From positions 1-58,560 of the forward strand of contig JACPFQ010000003.1 in assembly GCA_016182875.1 (NCBI GenBank): a stretch of DNA of 58,560 nucleotides, in the 5' to 3' direction. Positions within the stretch are counted from its first letter, which is position 1; each line of letters starts with the position of its first letter. The notes under the pieces were generated by a model that saw only the letters and a list, made by a program, of their open reading frames with translations, made no database searches and was not told where the DNA came from. A program made the translations under genes and the position numbers. This stretch comes from Candidatus Doudnabacteria bacterium. Lineage in GTDB: Bacteria > Patescibacteriota > Doudnabacteria > UBA920 > O2-02-FULL-48-8. Positions 1-8,328 of this stretch are shown here, piece by piece.

Positions 1-1068
1 TTTGAATTCAGGAATTTAGTGCACCAGTTAATTGTTTAACCGTTGTGGACATGACTTCATTGGGAGTCTTGAATTTAAGCTTCTTCCTCGGCCGGTTATT
101 GAGCTTTTCCTGTATGCGGTAGATTTGTTCATCCGTTACCGTAGACATATCCGTAGCTTTAGGCAAATATCTCCGGATTAAGCCAACGGCATTCTCAACC
201 CCGCCTTTTTGCCAGGCAGAGTACGGGTCACAGAAGAACGTCTCGATATCATAGCCGTCTCTGAGCTTAGTGTGGCAGGCATTCTCCAGTCCGTTGTCAA
301 AAGTAATACTCTTAACCAGCTCAGCAGGGAAGCTTTCGATGGTTTGATTTAAGGCAGCTTCGTTTTCTTCCGCAGACTTGTTTGTGGTCCTGGTGATCTG
401 AATCAGCATAGCTTTTCTTTCATACTGCACTGAGAGTGCGGCTTTTTGTTTTCTGAATGCCGCCAGATCCGATTCCCAGTCTCCGAACCGTTCTCTCAGG
501 TTGATCTGATTGGGGCGATCTTTGATGGAAACCCGCTGTTTAATCATGGTTTTAGCTTGTTGCTTGCGTCCAAAGCGTCTTCGTCTTTTGGGATGTTTCC
601 TAACCAAGTAGTGATACCAGCCCTCGTATCTGCCTTCGCCATTGTAAATGAAATCATAAATTTGTTCGTGGCTAATGGCGAGACCTGTTAACTCTTTGGG
701 TGGTCCATGCTTGAGCTTGCCTGAGATCAGCTCCGGGCTCCAGCCTTCTTTCAGTTGGGCTTGGACATAATCGTGCAGCTGCTTGTTAGCCTCAAGCTTG
801 CGCTTGTTGGTCCTGTGGGATTTAAACTCTGCTAGTTTCTGAGCCGTATCTGCCCGATACTTGCCATGCTTGCTGTTGCGCTTTAATTCCCGAGAAATGA
901 CTGCATGATCCCGTTTCAACCTCCTGCCGATCTGCCTGGGACCTAATTTCAGCTTTAAGTAATATTCGATTCTTTGCCGCTCATACAGGCTTAAAATTTG
1001 CATAGTTGTCAGAGTTATGTTTACAGGGTTATTTTACCCTGAAGTGGTGCACTCTGACCTGAATGCAG
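1..1068 (-). mobile_element. IS30-family insertion sequence abutting the window start
   Basis: Transposase ORF 8..1003. Imperfect terminal inverted repeats at about 3-32 (TGAATTCAGG...AGTGCACCA) and 1039-1068 (TGGTGCACT...CCTGAATGCA). Confidence 0.8.
8..1003 (-). CDS. IS30-family DDE transposase
   Basis: 331 aa. N-terminal HTH (YERQRIEYYLKLKLGPRQIGRRLKRDHAVISRELKRN). DDE core motifs DWESDL, FDNGLEN and C-terminal RPRKKLKFKTP are typical of IS30. Confidence 0.95.
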   Translation of the reverse strand: MQILSLYERQRIEYYLKLKLGPRQIGRRLKRDHAVISRELKRNSKHGKYRADTAQKLAEFKSHRTNKRKLEANKQLHDYVQAQLKEGWSPELISGKLKHGPPKELTGLAISHEQIYDFIYNGEGRYEGWYHYLVRKHPKRRRRFGRKQQAKTMIKQRVSIKDRPNQINLRERFGDWESDLAAFRKQKAALSVQYERKAMLIQITRTTNKSAEENEAALNQTIESFPAELVKSITFDNGLENACHTKLRDGYDIETFFCDPYSAWQKGGVENAVGLIRRYLPKATDMSTVTDEQIYRIQEKLNNRPRKKLKFKTPNEVMSTTVKQLTGALNS

Positions 1069-1084
1069 TCCCTTTTGCTTTGCC

Positions 1085-1113
1085 TTGACGCAAGCAAAGA
1101 ACTAGGTTAAGCT
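1085..1113 (+). promoter_or_regulatory. Candidate sigma70-like promoter of GC-rich island 1
   Basis: TTGACG (1085-1090), 17-nt spacer, TAAGCT (1108-1113). AGGAGG at 1162-1167 lies 8 nt before the ATG at 1176. Confidence 0.35.
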
Positions 1114-1175
1114 TATCTGTTCGCCATTTTTATTTTACTTTCACGGCCTCAAGGCCCACACAGGAGGAGTTACGC

Positions 1176-2024
1176 ATGCGTAGATTAATCGCGTTCACCG
1201 TCGTCGCGCTGCTCGTTTCGTTCGTGCCCGTTTCCGTCGCTCAGGCACAGACCAACCCGTTCGCGGAAAAGATCACGGTCCGCCTCGGTGTTGGCGGCGT
1301 GAACTTGATCGACGATGTCGAAGAGTCGACGACGTTGGTCAAGGATATCCGAGTTCGGTACCGGATCAACCAGCCCTGGGCCGTCGAGTTCCGCACAAAC
1401 ATCGGCCAGGGCGGCATCGAGCCGAACTACTTCAGGATCACCGACTCGAAGTCCAGAATCAGGGACTTCAACGCTCGCGTCGAGCATCGACGCGGGATCC
1501 TCGTGCTACACGGTGGCGTCGAGTATCTGGCGACTACCGGAGACAATACCAGCACCGTCGAGGTTCTCAGCGGACCGAGGCCGTCATACTGGTGGATGTC
1601 GTCGTATACGCCATGGCCCACCGTCATCGGCCACGCCCGCAGGCAGGAACGACACAGCAGCTCACTTCTCGCTCCGTACGCCGGCGTGGGAGCTTCGGTC
1701 GAGACGAGCGACCGTGTGACGGGATACAGCAACATCCAAGCGCTTATCGGCGTACGTCGGACCGATGAGCGCACCGTCACGTTCCGCGACAACCCCTACA
1801 GCGACGGGTACATCGAGGAGTTCAAAGGCCGGACCTGGGGCTGGGGCTGGGACTTCGGCGGCAGGATACGGCTCATCAGGAGGCTCTCGGTCGAGGCCGA
1901 CGTTGCACTGACCCAGTTCTTCGGGCCGGACGACGTCTCAGAGAACCGGACAGGGAACCCGCAGCTGGACAGCAGGTCGCTCGACCGCACACGGGGTGGT
2001 GTCCGCGCCGTTTACGGGTTCTGA
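1176..2024 (+). CDS. Secreted beta-barrel outer-membrane-protein-like protein (GC-rich island 1)
   Basis: 282 aa. Signal peptide MRRLIAFTVVALLVSFVPVSVAQAQ, alternating beta-strand pattern, C-terminal beta-signal-like GVRAVYGF. Strong SD. Composition far more GC-rich than the flanks. Confidence 0.7.
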   Translation: MRRLIAFTVVALLVSFVPVSVAQAQTNPFAEKITVRLGVGGVNLIDDVEESTTLVKDIRVRYRINQPWAVEFRTNIGQGGIEPNYFRITDSKSRIRDFNARVEHRRGILVLHGGVEYLATTGDNTSTVEVLSGPRPSYWWMSSYTPWPTVIGHARRQERHSSSLLAPYAGVGASVETSDRVTGYSNIQALIGVRRTDERTVTFRDNPYSDGYIEEFKGRTWGWGWDFGGRIRLIRRLSVEADVALTQFFGPDDVSENRTGNPQLDSRSLDRTRGGVRAVYGF

Positions 2025-2042
2025 AACCGTCGCGCGCATGCA

Positions 2043-2110
2043 GAAAGAGCACGGAGCTTTCCTTCGGGAACGCCAGACGTTCCTTCGGGACATTCGTGCT
2101 CTTTCATTTT
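2043..2110 (+). terminator. Long hairpin plus T-run downstream of island-1 ORF
   Basis: GAAAGAGCACG (2043-2053) pairs with CGTGCTCTTTC (2095-2105), followed by ATTTT. The loop holds two TCCTTCGGGA mini-hairpins. Confidence 0.5.
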
Positions 2111-2117
2111 GCTTAAA

Positions 2118-2215
2118 AACAAGATCCCCGCTTTCGCGGGGATGAAAATAGATCGCCACGTCGGCCTACGGCCTCCTCGCGAATGCGCATTTGCGAGGAG
2201 CGAAGCGACGAAGCA
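2118..2215. repeat. Cluster of short GC-rich hairpin repeats (IPAFAGM-type)
   Basis: ATCCCCGCTTTCGCGGGGAT, GGCCTACGGCC and CCTCGCGAATGCGCATTTGCGAGG hairpins. The same ATCCCCGCTTTCGCGGGGAT module recurs at 6845-6866. Confidence 0.7.
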
Positions 2216-2217
2216 AT

Positions 2218-3750
2218 CTATAACTTGGTTAAAACCGTATTTATATAAATCTTGCCGTTGTACTTGGGGGCTTTGCGCACGAAGAATGGCGACAACTTCA
2301 CCTCTATCTGGTCGACCTCGGGTTTGGACAGCAGGATTTCCTTGATTTCCGAAGTCTTCTTGCCGCTTAAGATTCTTTTGAGATTCTCGGTCTCGACCTT
2401 GTAAGCGATGATTCGGCTATAGTGGACCTCTAGTGTGCCTTGGCCCAGGTTCAAATCCTTGTCTTTGAATTCAGCCTGAATGACTTTCGTGCTCCCATCA
2501 ACTATATATTTATCATCAGCCAGGACGCTCTTAATCTGCTGGTCCATGAGGCTGGTGGCGTCATTTTCGTTAAAGGTCAGTCCTTTGATTCTGGCGATCA
2601 CGGTCATGCTGAAGCTTTCGGCTTCGTCCCCGACTTCTTTGTCAGCGGTGCTGGCCAGGATTTCCTTCTCCACGCCCGACGGAAGCAGTCTTGTTCCCGG
2701 AGTTTCGGAATCGAGTTCTGCCTGGGCTTCGGATATCAAATCGGCCGTGATTTTACCCAGAGCCTGGTCCAAATCAGCCTGCGAGAGCACGGTTTTGGCA
2801 GTCGCCTGTCCCCCGCTTATGGGCCCCGAAGTCAATCCATAGACCTCTGGCCGGTTGCCCAAGGCGGCATTGCTGATCGTAAGCTTGGTATCGGATGCAA
2901 GATTATATCCTTCGCCCGGCTGCTCCGCCACTATGTCCACGAGAGGGTTGCTGTTGCTTTGGCTGGTCGTAGGCTTGATGCCGGTGACGTCCTTGGTAAA
3001 AAAATATTTTTTCCCTTCAAAAAGCAAAGTCGTGGTGGAAGCCTTGAGCGTCAGGGTGTTTCCTGTGCCATTGTAAATCTGGATCTTGCCCGCGGCCTTG
3101 CTTCCCGAAAAGCTGCTTCCCGTTGCTTTGAAGTCTCCTGTTTTGGAAACCTCTTTGCTGTAAATTTTTCCCGGAATGGTGAGAGTGCTGTAGTTGGCGG
3201 CAGTGGCGTTTTGGTCAACTTTCAATTCCGCGTCGCGGTCTATGGATTCCGATCTCGCGTAGATTGTAATCTGCGCCTGAGGCAGAAGAACGGAAGCCAG
3301 CACCAGCACAATCAAGGTTACTGCCGCGGCCGCTATCGATTTCTTGATAGTTGAGCCGGAAAATCTTCTTGCCTTATTGCTTTTAAGTTCGCTGATGGTG
3401 GCAGCCGGCAAGACCCTGGCTTTCTTGACTCCCACATCCGAAAAAGATTTTTTGGAGGAGGATTTGGTCTGCCTCTTCGGCATCATGTTCTTAACGTCAG
3501 CTTCGCTGTATCCGGCCAAAACCCCGGCCTTGATGGCTAGAAGTTTGCCGACGGGATCATCCGTCGTGATCGTGACTTTTTTCTTAAGCGTCTCGCCCGT
3601 GCGGCGCAGAAGCTTCAAATTAGCCGAACTCGAAAGGAGCCGGCTGCCTTTTTCCAATTCAAAAATAATTTCCCGCTCATTGAGATTTTTAATCTGCTGA
3701 ATGGCGGAAACCAAGTCATCTTTCTTGCCTAATTTTACGACCTTGCTCAT
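2218..3750 (-). CDS. Conserved hypothetical single-pass membrane protein with a large extracytoplasmic domain
   Basis: 510 aa. Soluble N-terminal roughly 80 aa, TM segment SIAAAAVTLIVLVLASVLLP, then a beta-rich S/T/G-rich region. I do not recognise a function. Confidence 0.75.
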   Translation of the reverse strand: MSKVVKLGKKDDLVSAIQQIKNLNEREIIFELEKGSRLLSSSANLKLLRRTGETLKKKVTITTDDPVGKLLAIKAGVLAGYSEADVKNMMPKRQTKSSSKKSFSDVGVKKARVLPAATISELKSNKARRFSGSTIKKSIAAAAVTLIVLVLASVLLPQAQITIYARSESIDRDAELKVDQNATAANYSTLTIPGKIYSKEVSKTGDFKATGSSFSGSKAAGKIQIYNGTGNTLTLKASTTTLLFEGKKYFFTKDVTGIKPTTSQSNSNPLVDIVAEQPGEGYNLASDTKLTISNAALGNRPEVYGLTSGPISGGQATAKTVLSQADLDQALGKITADLISEAQAELDSETPGTRLLPSGVEKEILASTADKEVGDEAESFSMTVIARIKGLTFNENDATSLMDQQIKSVLADDKYIVDGSTKVIQAEFKDKDLNLGQGTLEVHYSRIIAYKVETENLKRILSGKKTSEIKEILLSKPEVDQIEVKLSPFFVRKAPKYNGKIYINTVLTKL

Positions 3751-3764
3751 GTAAGCATTCTACC

Positions 3765-4565
3765 CTAAGAGGTAATGCCTGACAATTCCACGGCGTATTT
3801 CTCGGGGTTGTTCAAAAAATCGAGGCTTTGCGGGTCATCTGTGCCGGTCAGATACATGGGCCGGTTGGCGGTGACGGCGAACAGGGTCATGAATTTGGTA
3901 TCTATCATTCTCAAGGCGGGCGTGTCTTTGTAATTGCCGTTTGGCACGAATTTAAATCCTTCAACCTCGTCCTTAACCGGGTAATAAGCCATGCCGTGGC
4001 GCTGAGTAACCGGCTCATAAAGCGGCTTGTAGTCGGTGGAAAGCCAATTGGCGACCACGAGCACTTCGGAGCCGATGTTAATCATGATGTGGCCGTAGTT
4101 GGGCGGATAAATGACCTTTTCGCCGGTCCTGGCTTTGACCGCCAGGACATTGATGGTCTTTTCGAAATTTTGGTCCATCTTCTGAAGCAGAACCAAGGCT
4201 TCACCGTGCAGAACCTCATAAACTTCGGGGTGCGCGATGTTGTTGGTCCCAGGCTTGGGCGCGTGGTAATGTCCGACCGTATGATTGAACTCCTCACCCA
4301 GCATAAAAGACGGAATGACGGTTATGTCATAAGTAAGATGGTGAGCGCGCAAAATCTGTTGATGCTCGGGCATGTGAATGCCACGATAGACGAAATACGT
4401 TTCCTCGGCCGGCGCCGTGATGTTGGGATTGAGCAGTACCGGCACCATTTCCGAAAATTTCCTGGCAAAAGTCAAAGGGAATTCCCGCAGCGGCGGATTG
4501 AACTTTAATTTGTACTCCGGTGTGACCTCAATCGGCAGCCCTGATGTTTTTTCGATGTTAATCAT
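3765..4565 (-). CDS. Cupin-type glucose-6-phosphate isomerase-like protein
   Basis: 266 aa. The cupin PGI signatures TVGHYHAPK...PEVYEVLHGEA and IYPPNYGHIMINIG resemble archaeal-type cPGI. Confidence 0.6.
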   Translation of the reverse strand: MINIEKTSGLPIEVTPEYKLKFNPPLREFPLTFARKFSEMVPVLLNPNITAPAEETYFVYRGIHMPEHQQILRAHHLTYDITVIPSFMLGEEFNHTVGHYHAPKPGTNNIAHPEVYEVLHGEALVLLQKMDQNFEKTINVLAVKARTGEKVIYPPNYGHIMINIGSEVLVVANWLSTDYKPLYEPVTQRHGMAYYPVKDEVEGFKFVPNGNYKDTPALRMIDTKFMTLFAVTANRPMYLTGTDDPQSLDFLNNPEKYAVELSGITS

Positions 4566-4597
4566 AAGTATATTGTCTTAATTATTCTAAAGCGTTA

Positions 4598-4623
4598 TGT
4601 CATTCTGAACGAAGTGAAGAATC
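4598..4623. repeat. Left terminal inverted repeat bracketing the GIY-YIG gene
   Basis: TGTCATTCTGAACGAAGTGAAGAATC matches the reverse complement of 4901-4926 at about 21 of 26 positions. Confidence 0.6.
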
Positions 4624-4896
4624 CCACAAGTCATTAAGCTTGGGATTTATGCTTCTTATCAACTTGAACTTTTTTACTCTGGTCCATCCCTTTATTTTTT
4701 TCTCCGCAGTTAACGCTTCGTCATTTATATTGCTAAACTCCTCTACAAACAAAAGTTTATTAACATTATATCTCTTTGTAAATCCTTTACGTTTCTTATT
4801 ACGATGTTCGTCCATGCGCCTATAAATATTATTAGTGACTCCTGTATAAATTACACTATGCCATTGATTTGACGCTATGTAAACGTAATAGCTCAT
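4600..4896 (-). CDS. GIY-YIG nuclease family protein (UPF0213-like)
   Basis: 98 aa. YYVYIASN...VIYTGVTNNIYRRMDEH...GFTKRY...LLFVEEF...A..E.KIKGW is the classic GIY-YIG pattern. Confidence 0.9.
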   Translation of the reverse strand: MSYYVYIASNQWHSVIYTGVTNNIYRRMDEHRNKKRKGFTKRYNVNKLLFVEEFSNINDEALTAEKKIKGWTRVKKFKLIRSINPKLNDLWDSSLRSE

Positions 4897-4900
4897 GAGA

Positions 4901-4926
4901 TCCTTCGCTCCGCTCAGGATGACAAA
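4901..4926. repeat. Right terminal inverted repeat bracketing the GIY-YIG gene
   Basis: GATCCTTCGCTCCGCTCAGGATGACA is the inverted partner of 4598-4623. Confidence 0.6.
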
Positions 4927-4941
4927 GTATTATTCTTGAAG

Positions 4942-6780
4942 TTACTCAACACTCGCCTTAATTCTTCGAACGCCGGCTGAAACTGCTTCTTCCTTGAGAA
5001 TCCTGAACTTGCCAAGCTCGCCGGTTCGAGCAACATGCGGCCCGCCGCAAAATTCTCGGGAAAATACCGAGCCGTCTTGGTTGAAAATGGTATAGACGCT
5101 GACTGTGTCGCCATACTTGGCCCCGAATTCGGCAAGCGCTCCGAGTTTTTCAGCCTGTTCTTTCGGCATCTCTTCCTTTCTGACCTCGAGGTCTTCTGAA
5201 ATTTTTTGGTTGACTATTTGTTCAACCTCTTGCAACTGCTCTTTGGTCAATTTCTCCGGATGCGAAAAATCGATGCGGAGGCGCTCCGAACTGACGTTTG
5301 AGCCGCGCTGGACGACGTGATTGCCCAGAACCTGCCTTAACGCCGCCAAAAGCAAATGGTGCGCCGTGTGATGCTTGATCGTCTGCGGTTCGTGGTCAAC
5401 TAAGCCGCCTTTGAACATGCCGGCAGAAGCTGTGCGCGAAAGCTTTTGGTGTTTTTTCAACTCCTGGTTAAACCCTGACTCTAAAGCGTAACGATCGTAC
5501 TTTATGTTAGCGTCGTTTAATAGCTCGAATATCATTTCTAAAGGCATCCCATAAGTTTGATAGAAATCAAACAAAGCGTGACCAGTTATAAGCAGTCCAC
5601 CCGCTTTCACTCCCTTTTTATATTCCAATCCTTCTCTTTTGCCCCACAGCGTCGCATTTCTTATTTCTTCAATGTATATTGACAGTTTCTTCAAACCATC
5701 TTTTAGTGTTTCGCTAAATTTCAACTCTTCCTTGTTCAGTTCCTCCATAATTTTCTCATGATGCTTAAGTTCCGGATAATAATTACCGTACAACTCTACT
5801 ACATTACGATATAGTATTGTAGTGAAGGGGTCGTTGATGCCGATTTTTTTGGCATATGTAATGGCGCGGCGGATAAGGCGGCGCAAGATATAGCCGCGAT
5901 CTTTATTCGATGGGGTTACGCTATCGGCAATCAAAAAAACTGCGGCTCGGATATGGTCGGCTATAATCCGCTCTGATTTTAAATCTGGTTTCTGACCCAA
6001 GCTTCTTATTTTTTCCATGATTGGAGCAAATAAGTCTGTATCGTAGATATTGTCCTTGCCCTGGAGCACGGCGCTTGTCCGCTCCATACCCATGCCGGTG
6101 TCGACGTTTCTTTGCTTAAGCTCCACGAACTTGCCGTCAATGGTTTTTTCGTATTGCATGAAGACATTGTTCCAGACTTCCACCCAGAGCGGCTCATCGT
6201 TGTTTCCATGAAAGCCTTTTGGGACAGGGCCCTTGCCGGTCCAGTAAAACATTTCGGTATCCGGGCCGCAAGGACCGGTCAACCCGGGCGGTCCCCACCA
6301 GTTATCTTGTCTGCCCAAAAAAGCAATCCGCTCCTCGGGAATTCCCAACGACTGCCAGATTTCGACTGATTCATTATCGCGCGGCGCATCGCTGTCTCCG
6401 GCAAAAACCGAAACCGCGAGCTTGGATTTGTCCAAGCCGAGCCATTTTTTATCAGTTAAAAATTCGTAAGACCATTCAATTGATTCCTTTTTCCAATAGT
6501 CGCCCAGCGACCAGTTGCCGAGCATCTCAAAGAAAGTGTTGTGCACCGCATCCCCGACCTCATCAATATCATCCGTGCGCAGACACTTCTGGACATTGAC
6601 GAGTCTCGCACCTTCCGGATGTTTCTCGCCAAGCAAAAAAGGAATTAACGGATGCATGCCGGCGGTCGTGAACAAAACCGTAGGATCGTCTTTTGGAATC
6701 AGCGAAGCCGAAGGAATGACTTTGTGGCCTTTTTCTTCAAAAAACTTCATGTATTTTTTTCTCAAATCAGCGGAATTCAT
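4942..6780 (-). CDS. alaS: Alanine--tRNA ligase, short form lacking the C-Ala domain
   Basis: Start taken at the MNSADLRKKYMKFFEEKGH ATG (6780). Motifs TTAGMHP, FFEMLGNWSLGDYWK, zinc motifs HTAHHLL and CGGPHV. The protein ends right after the editing-core motif (VRRIKASVE). Confidence 0.95.
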   Translation of the reverse strand: MNSADLRKKYMKFFEEKGHKVIPSASLIPKDDPTVLFTTAGMHPLIPFLLGEKHPEGARLVNVQKCLRTDDIDEVGDAVHNTFFEMLGNWSLGDYWKKESIEWSYEFLTDKKWLGLDKSKLAVSVFAGDSDAPRDNESVEIWQSLGIPEERIAFLGRQDNWWGPPGLTGPCGPDTEMFYWTGKGPVPKGFHGNNDEPLWVEVWNNVFMQYEKTIDGKFVELKQRNVDTGMGMERTSAVLQGKDNIYDTDLFAPIMEKIRSLGQKPDLKSERIIADHIRAAVFLIADSVTPSNKDRGYILRRLIRRAITYAKKIGINDPFTTILYRNVVELYGNYYPELKHHEKIMEELNKEELKFSETLKDGLKKLSIYIEEIRNATLWGKREGLEYKKGVKAGGLLITGHALFDFYQTYGMPLEMIFELLNDANIKYDRYALESGFNQELKKHQKLSRTASAGMFKGGLVDHEPQTIKHHTAHHLLLAALRQVLGNHVVQRGSNVSSERLRIDFSHPEKLTKEQLQEVEQIVNQKISEDLEVRKEEMPKEQAEKLGALAEFGAKYGDTVSVYTIFNQDGSVFSREFCGGPHVARTGELGKFRILKEEAVSAGVRRIKASVE

Positions 6781-6840
6781 GTCGGCATTATAACACAAAA
6801 TCCGAACCTCCATCCCACACTTGATGCGGGATCTAAACAA

Positions 6841-7040
6841 AGCAAAATCCCCGCTTTCGCGGGGATGGAAAATATTCTTAATTGCTCAGCGCGAGGACTA
6901 GCCGCAAAAACTAGCTTTCGCAGGACGGCTCATCCGGCCGAGAACCTTCGAGCGCATCCCGACGTTACGTCGGGATGACGACCGGTAGTTTTTGTCGGCT
7001 AGCCCGAGCGATCGCGGCAGGACCCGTCGCCTACTTATGA
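6841..7040. repeat. Composite GC-rich nested-palindrome repeat, related to 50520-50737
   Basis: Shares modules AAAACTAGC(T/C)TTCGCAGG, CGGCTCATCCGGCCGAGAAC, CCCGACGT(T/A)ACGTCGGG, CCGGTAGTTTT(T)GTC and GGCAGGACCCGTCGCCT with 50520-50737. The outer arms are inverted repeats. Confidence 0.7.
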
Positions 7041-7042
7041 AC

Positions 7043-8296
7043 CTATTTCAATAACTCTAAAGCCTTATCCATCTGAGGGTCTTTGTCGGCCTCAAAGTCA
7101 GCGGCAGTGCGCTCAATTTTTATATCCGGCTCCAGGCCGTTTTTGTTTATGTCTCTACCCTTGGGAGTAAGCCATTTGGCAATGGTCACTTTGAGGCTTG
7201 AATCTCCTTTCAGCTCCAGGACTTCCTGCACCGAGCCCTTGCCGAATGTCTTTTCCCCGACCAATGTGGCCAATTTGTAATCCTGCAAGGCGCCGGCCAG
7301 AATTTCCGAAGCCGAAGCCGAACCGGCGTTGACCAAAACAATGGTTTCCAAATCTTTCAACCGCGCCAGGCCCGATGCCGGGTAGGCTTTTTCCTTGCCT
7401 TCGTAATTGACTTCGGAAACTACGGTCTTGCCCTGCGCCACCCAATTGGAAGCAATCTGGATGCTGGTCTCCAAAAATCCGCCAGGATTGTTCCTTAAGT
7501 CCAGGACCAAACCCGAATAATTGCCGGAAAGCAGAATGTCCACGACGTGGTCAAACGCCCCCTTGGTGTCTTCTCCGAACCTGTTGAGCTTGATAATGCC
7601 CAACTTCTTGCCTGCCCCGGCCGCAGCGTCGGGGCCGTCGGTTTCTTTCGTCTCAAACTTTACGCTTTTGATTTCAATCCTGCTGCGGGTGATTTTTATT
7701 TCCTGCGGCGCTTTTTTGCCCGGATGCAGAATCGTCAATGTCACTTCGGTCCCGGCAGGGCCGCGGATTTTGCTTACAGCCTGGTCAATGGTAATTCCGC
7801 TGGTTGGTTCATTGTTGATGGCCAGAATCATGTCTCCGGCCAGAAGTCCGGCCTTAGACGCGGGAGTGTCTTCCAAGGGAGCGATAATCACAAGCTGGTC
7901 GTCCTTGATTCCCAGCTCCGCGCCGATGCCGTCAAAGCTGCCTTTAAGCTCTTCGGCAAATTTCTTGGAGTCCTCGGGGTTGAGAAAAACCGTGTAGGGG
8001 TCGCCGGCGGCGTTGACCAGCCCGGATACGGCGCCATAAAGCAATTTTTGCTGGTCGAGCGGCTGTTCAATGAATTTTTTATTGAGAGTATCTAAAGTTT
8101 CCCAAAGCAGGGAGTAGTCCGCAGATGTCGGGACGCTTCCCCGGTTGATGCTGATGCTTGCGGGCTTGAAATCAATCCTTTTGCCGGCCACGGCGTAGCC
8201 AAATGCGAAAAACAAAGCCAGCAAAACCAAAACTGTCGGCCAGTTGAGGAAATTTCTGCTTTTTTTAGTTTCTTGATTGTCCAAGTCGCCAGACAT
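7043..8296 (-). CDS. ctpA: S41 carboxyl-terminal processing protease with PDZ domain
   Basis: N-terminal TM, PDZ (GDMILAINNEP), catalytic Ser in GSASASEI and Lys in TFGKGS. An alternative TTG start at 8332 would overlap the upstream stop. Confidence 0.9.
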   Translation of the reverse strand: MSGDLDNQETKKSRNFLNWPTVLVLLALFFAFGYAVAGKRIDFKPASISINRGSVPTSADYSLLWETLDTLNKKFIEQPLDQQKLLYGAVSGLVNAAGDPYTVFLNPEDSKKFAEELKGSFDGIGAELGIKDDQLVIIAPLEDTPASKAGLLAGDMILAINNEPTSGITIDQAVSKIRGPAGTEVTLTILHPGKKAPQEIKITRSRIEIKSVKFETKETDGPDAAAGAGKKLGIIKLNRFGEDTKGAFDHVVDILLSGNYSGLVLDLRNNPGGFLETSIQIASNWVAQGKTVVSEVNYEGKEKAYPASGLARLKDLETIVLVNAGSASASEILAGALQDYKLATLVGEKTFGKGSVQEVLELKGDSSLKVTIAKWLTPKGRDINKNGLEPDIKIERTAADFEADKDPQMDKALELLK

Positions 8297-8328
8297 GAAT
8301 CTTACATTAGCATTTAGAAACAGAGTGG

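Noticed and set aside
1185-1990. Multiple overlapping ORFs on both strands inside GC-rich islands (for example 1185..1487, 1315..1719, 1427..1792, 28581..29192, 29264..29671, 43942..44304).
   Set aside because: High GC content suppresses stop codons in all frames. Only the frame with a signal peptide or sigma-factor motifs and an SD site is credible.
2109-2345. ORFs encoding IPAFAGM-like peptides (2109..2345 and 6652..6978).
   Set aside because: They are read-through translations of the GC-rich hairpin repeats (ATCCCCGCTTTCGCGGGGAT and others). They overlap real genes or repeat clusters and lack start context.
2440-3354. Long plus-strand ORFs antisense to well-supported minus-strand genes. 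This group also includes 3828..4508, 7547..8095, 23299..23823, 26306..26953, 36750..37199, 50789..51622 and 56344..56937.
   Set aside because: Each lies entirely inside a gene with clear family motifs on the other strand. Their translations are low-complexity or Arg/Gly/Val-rich with no recognisable motifs. They are typical shadow ORFs.
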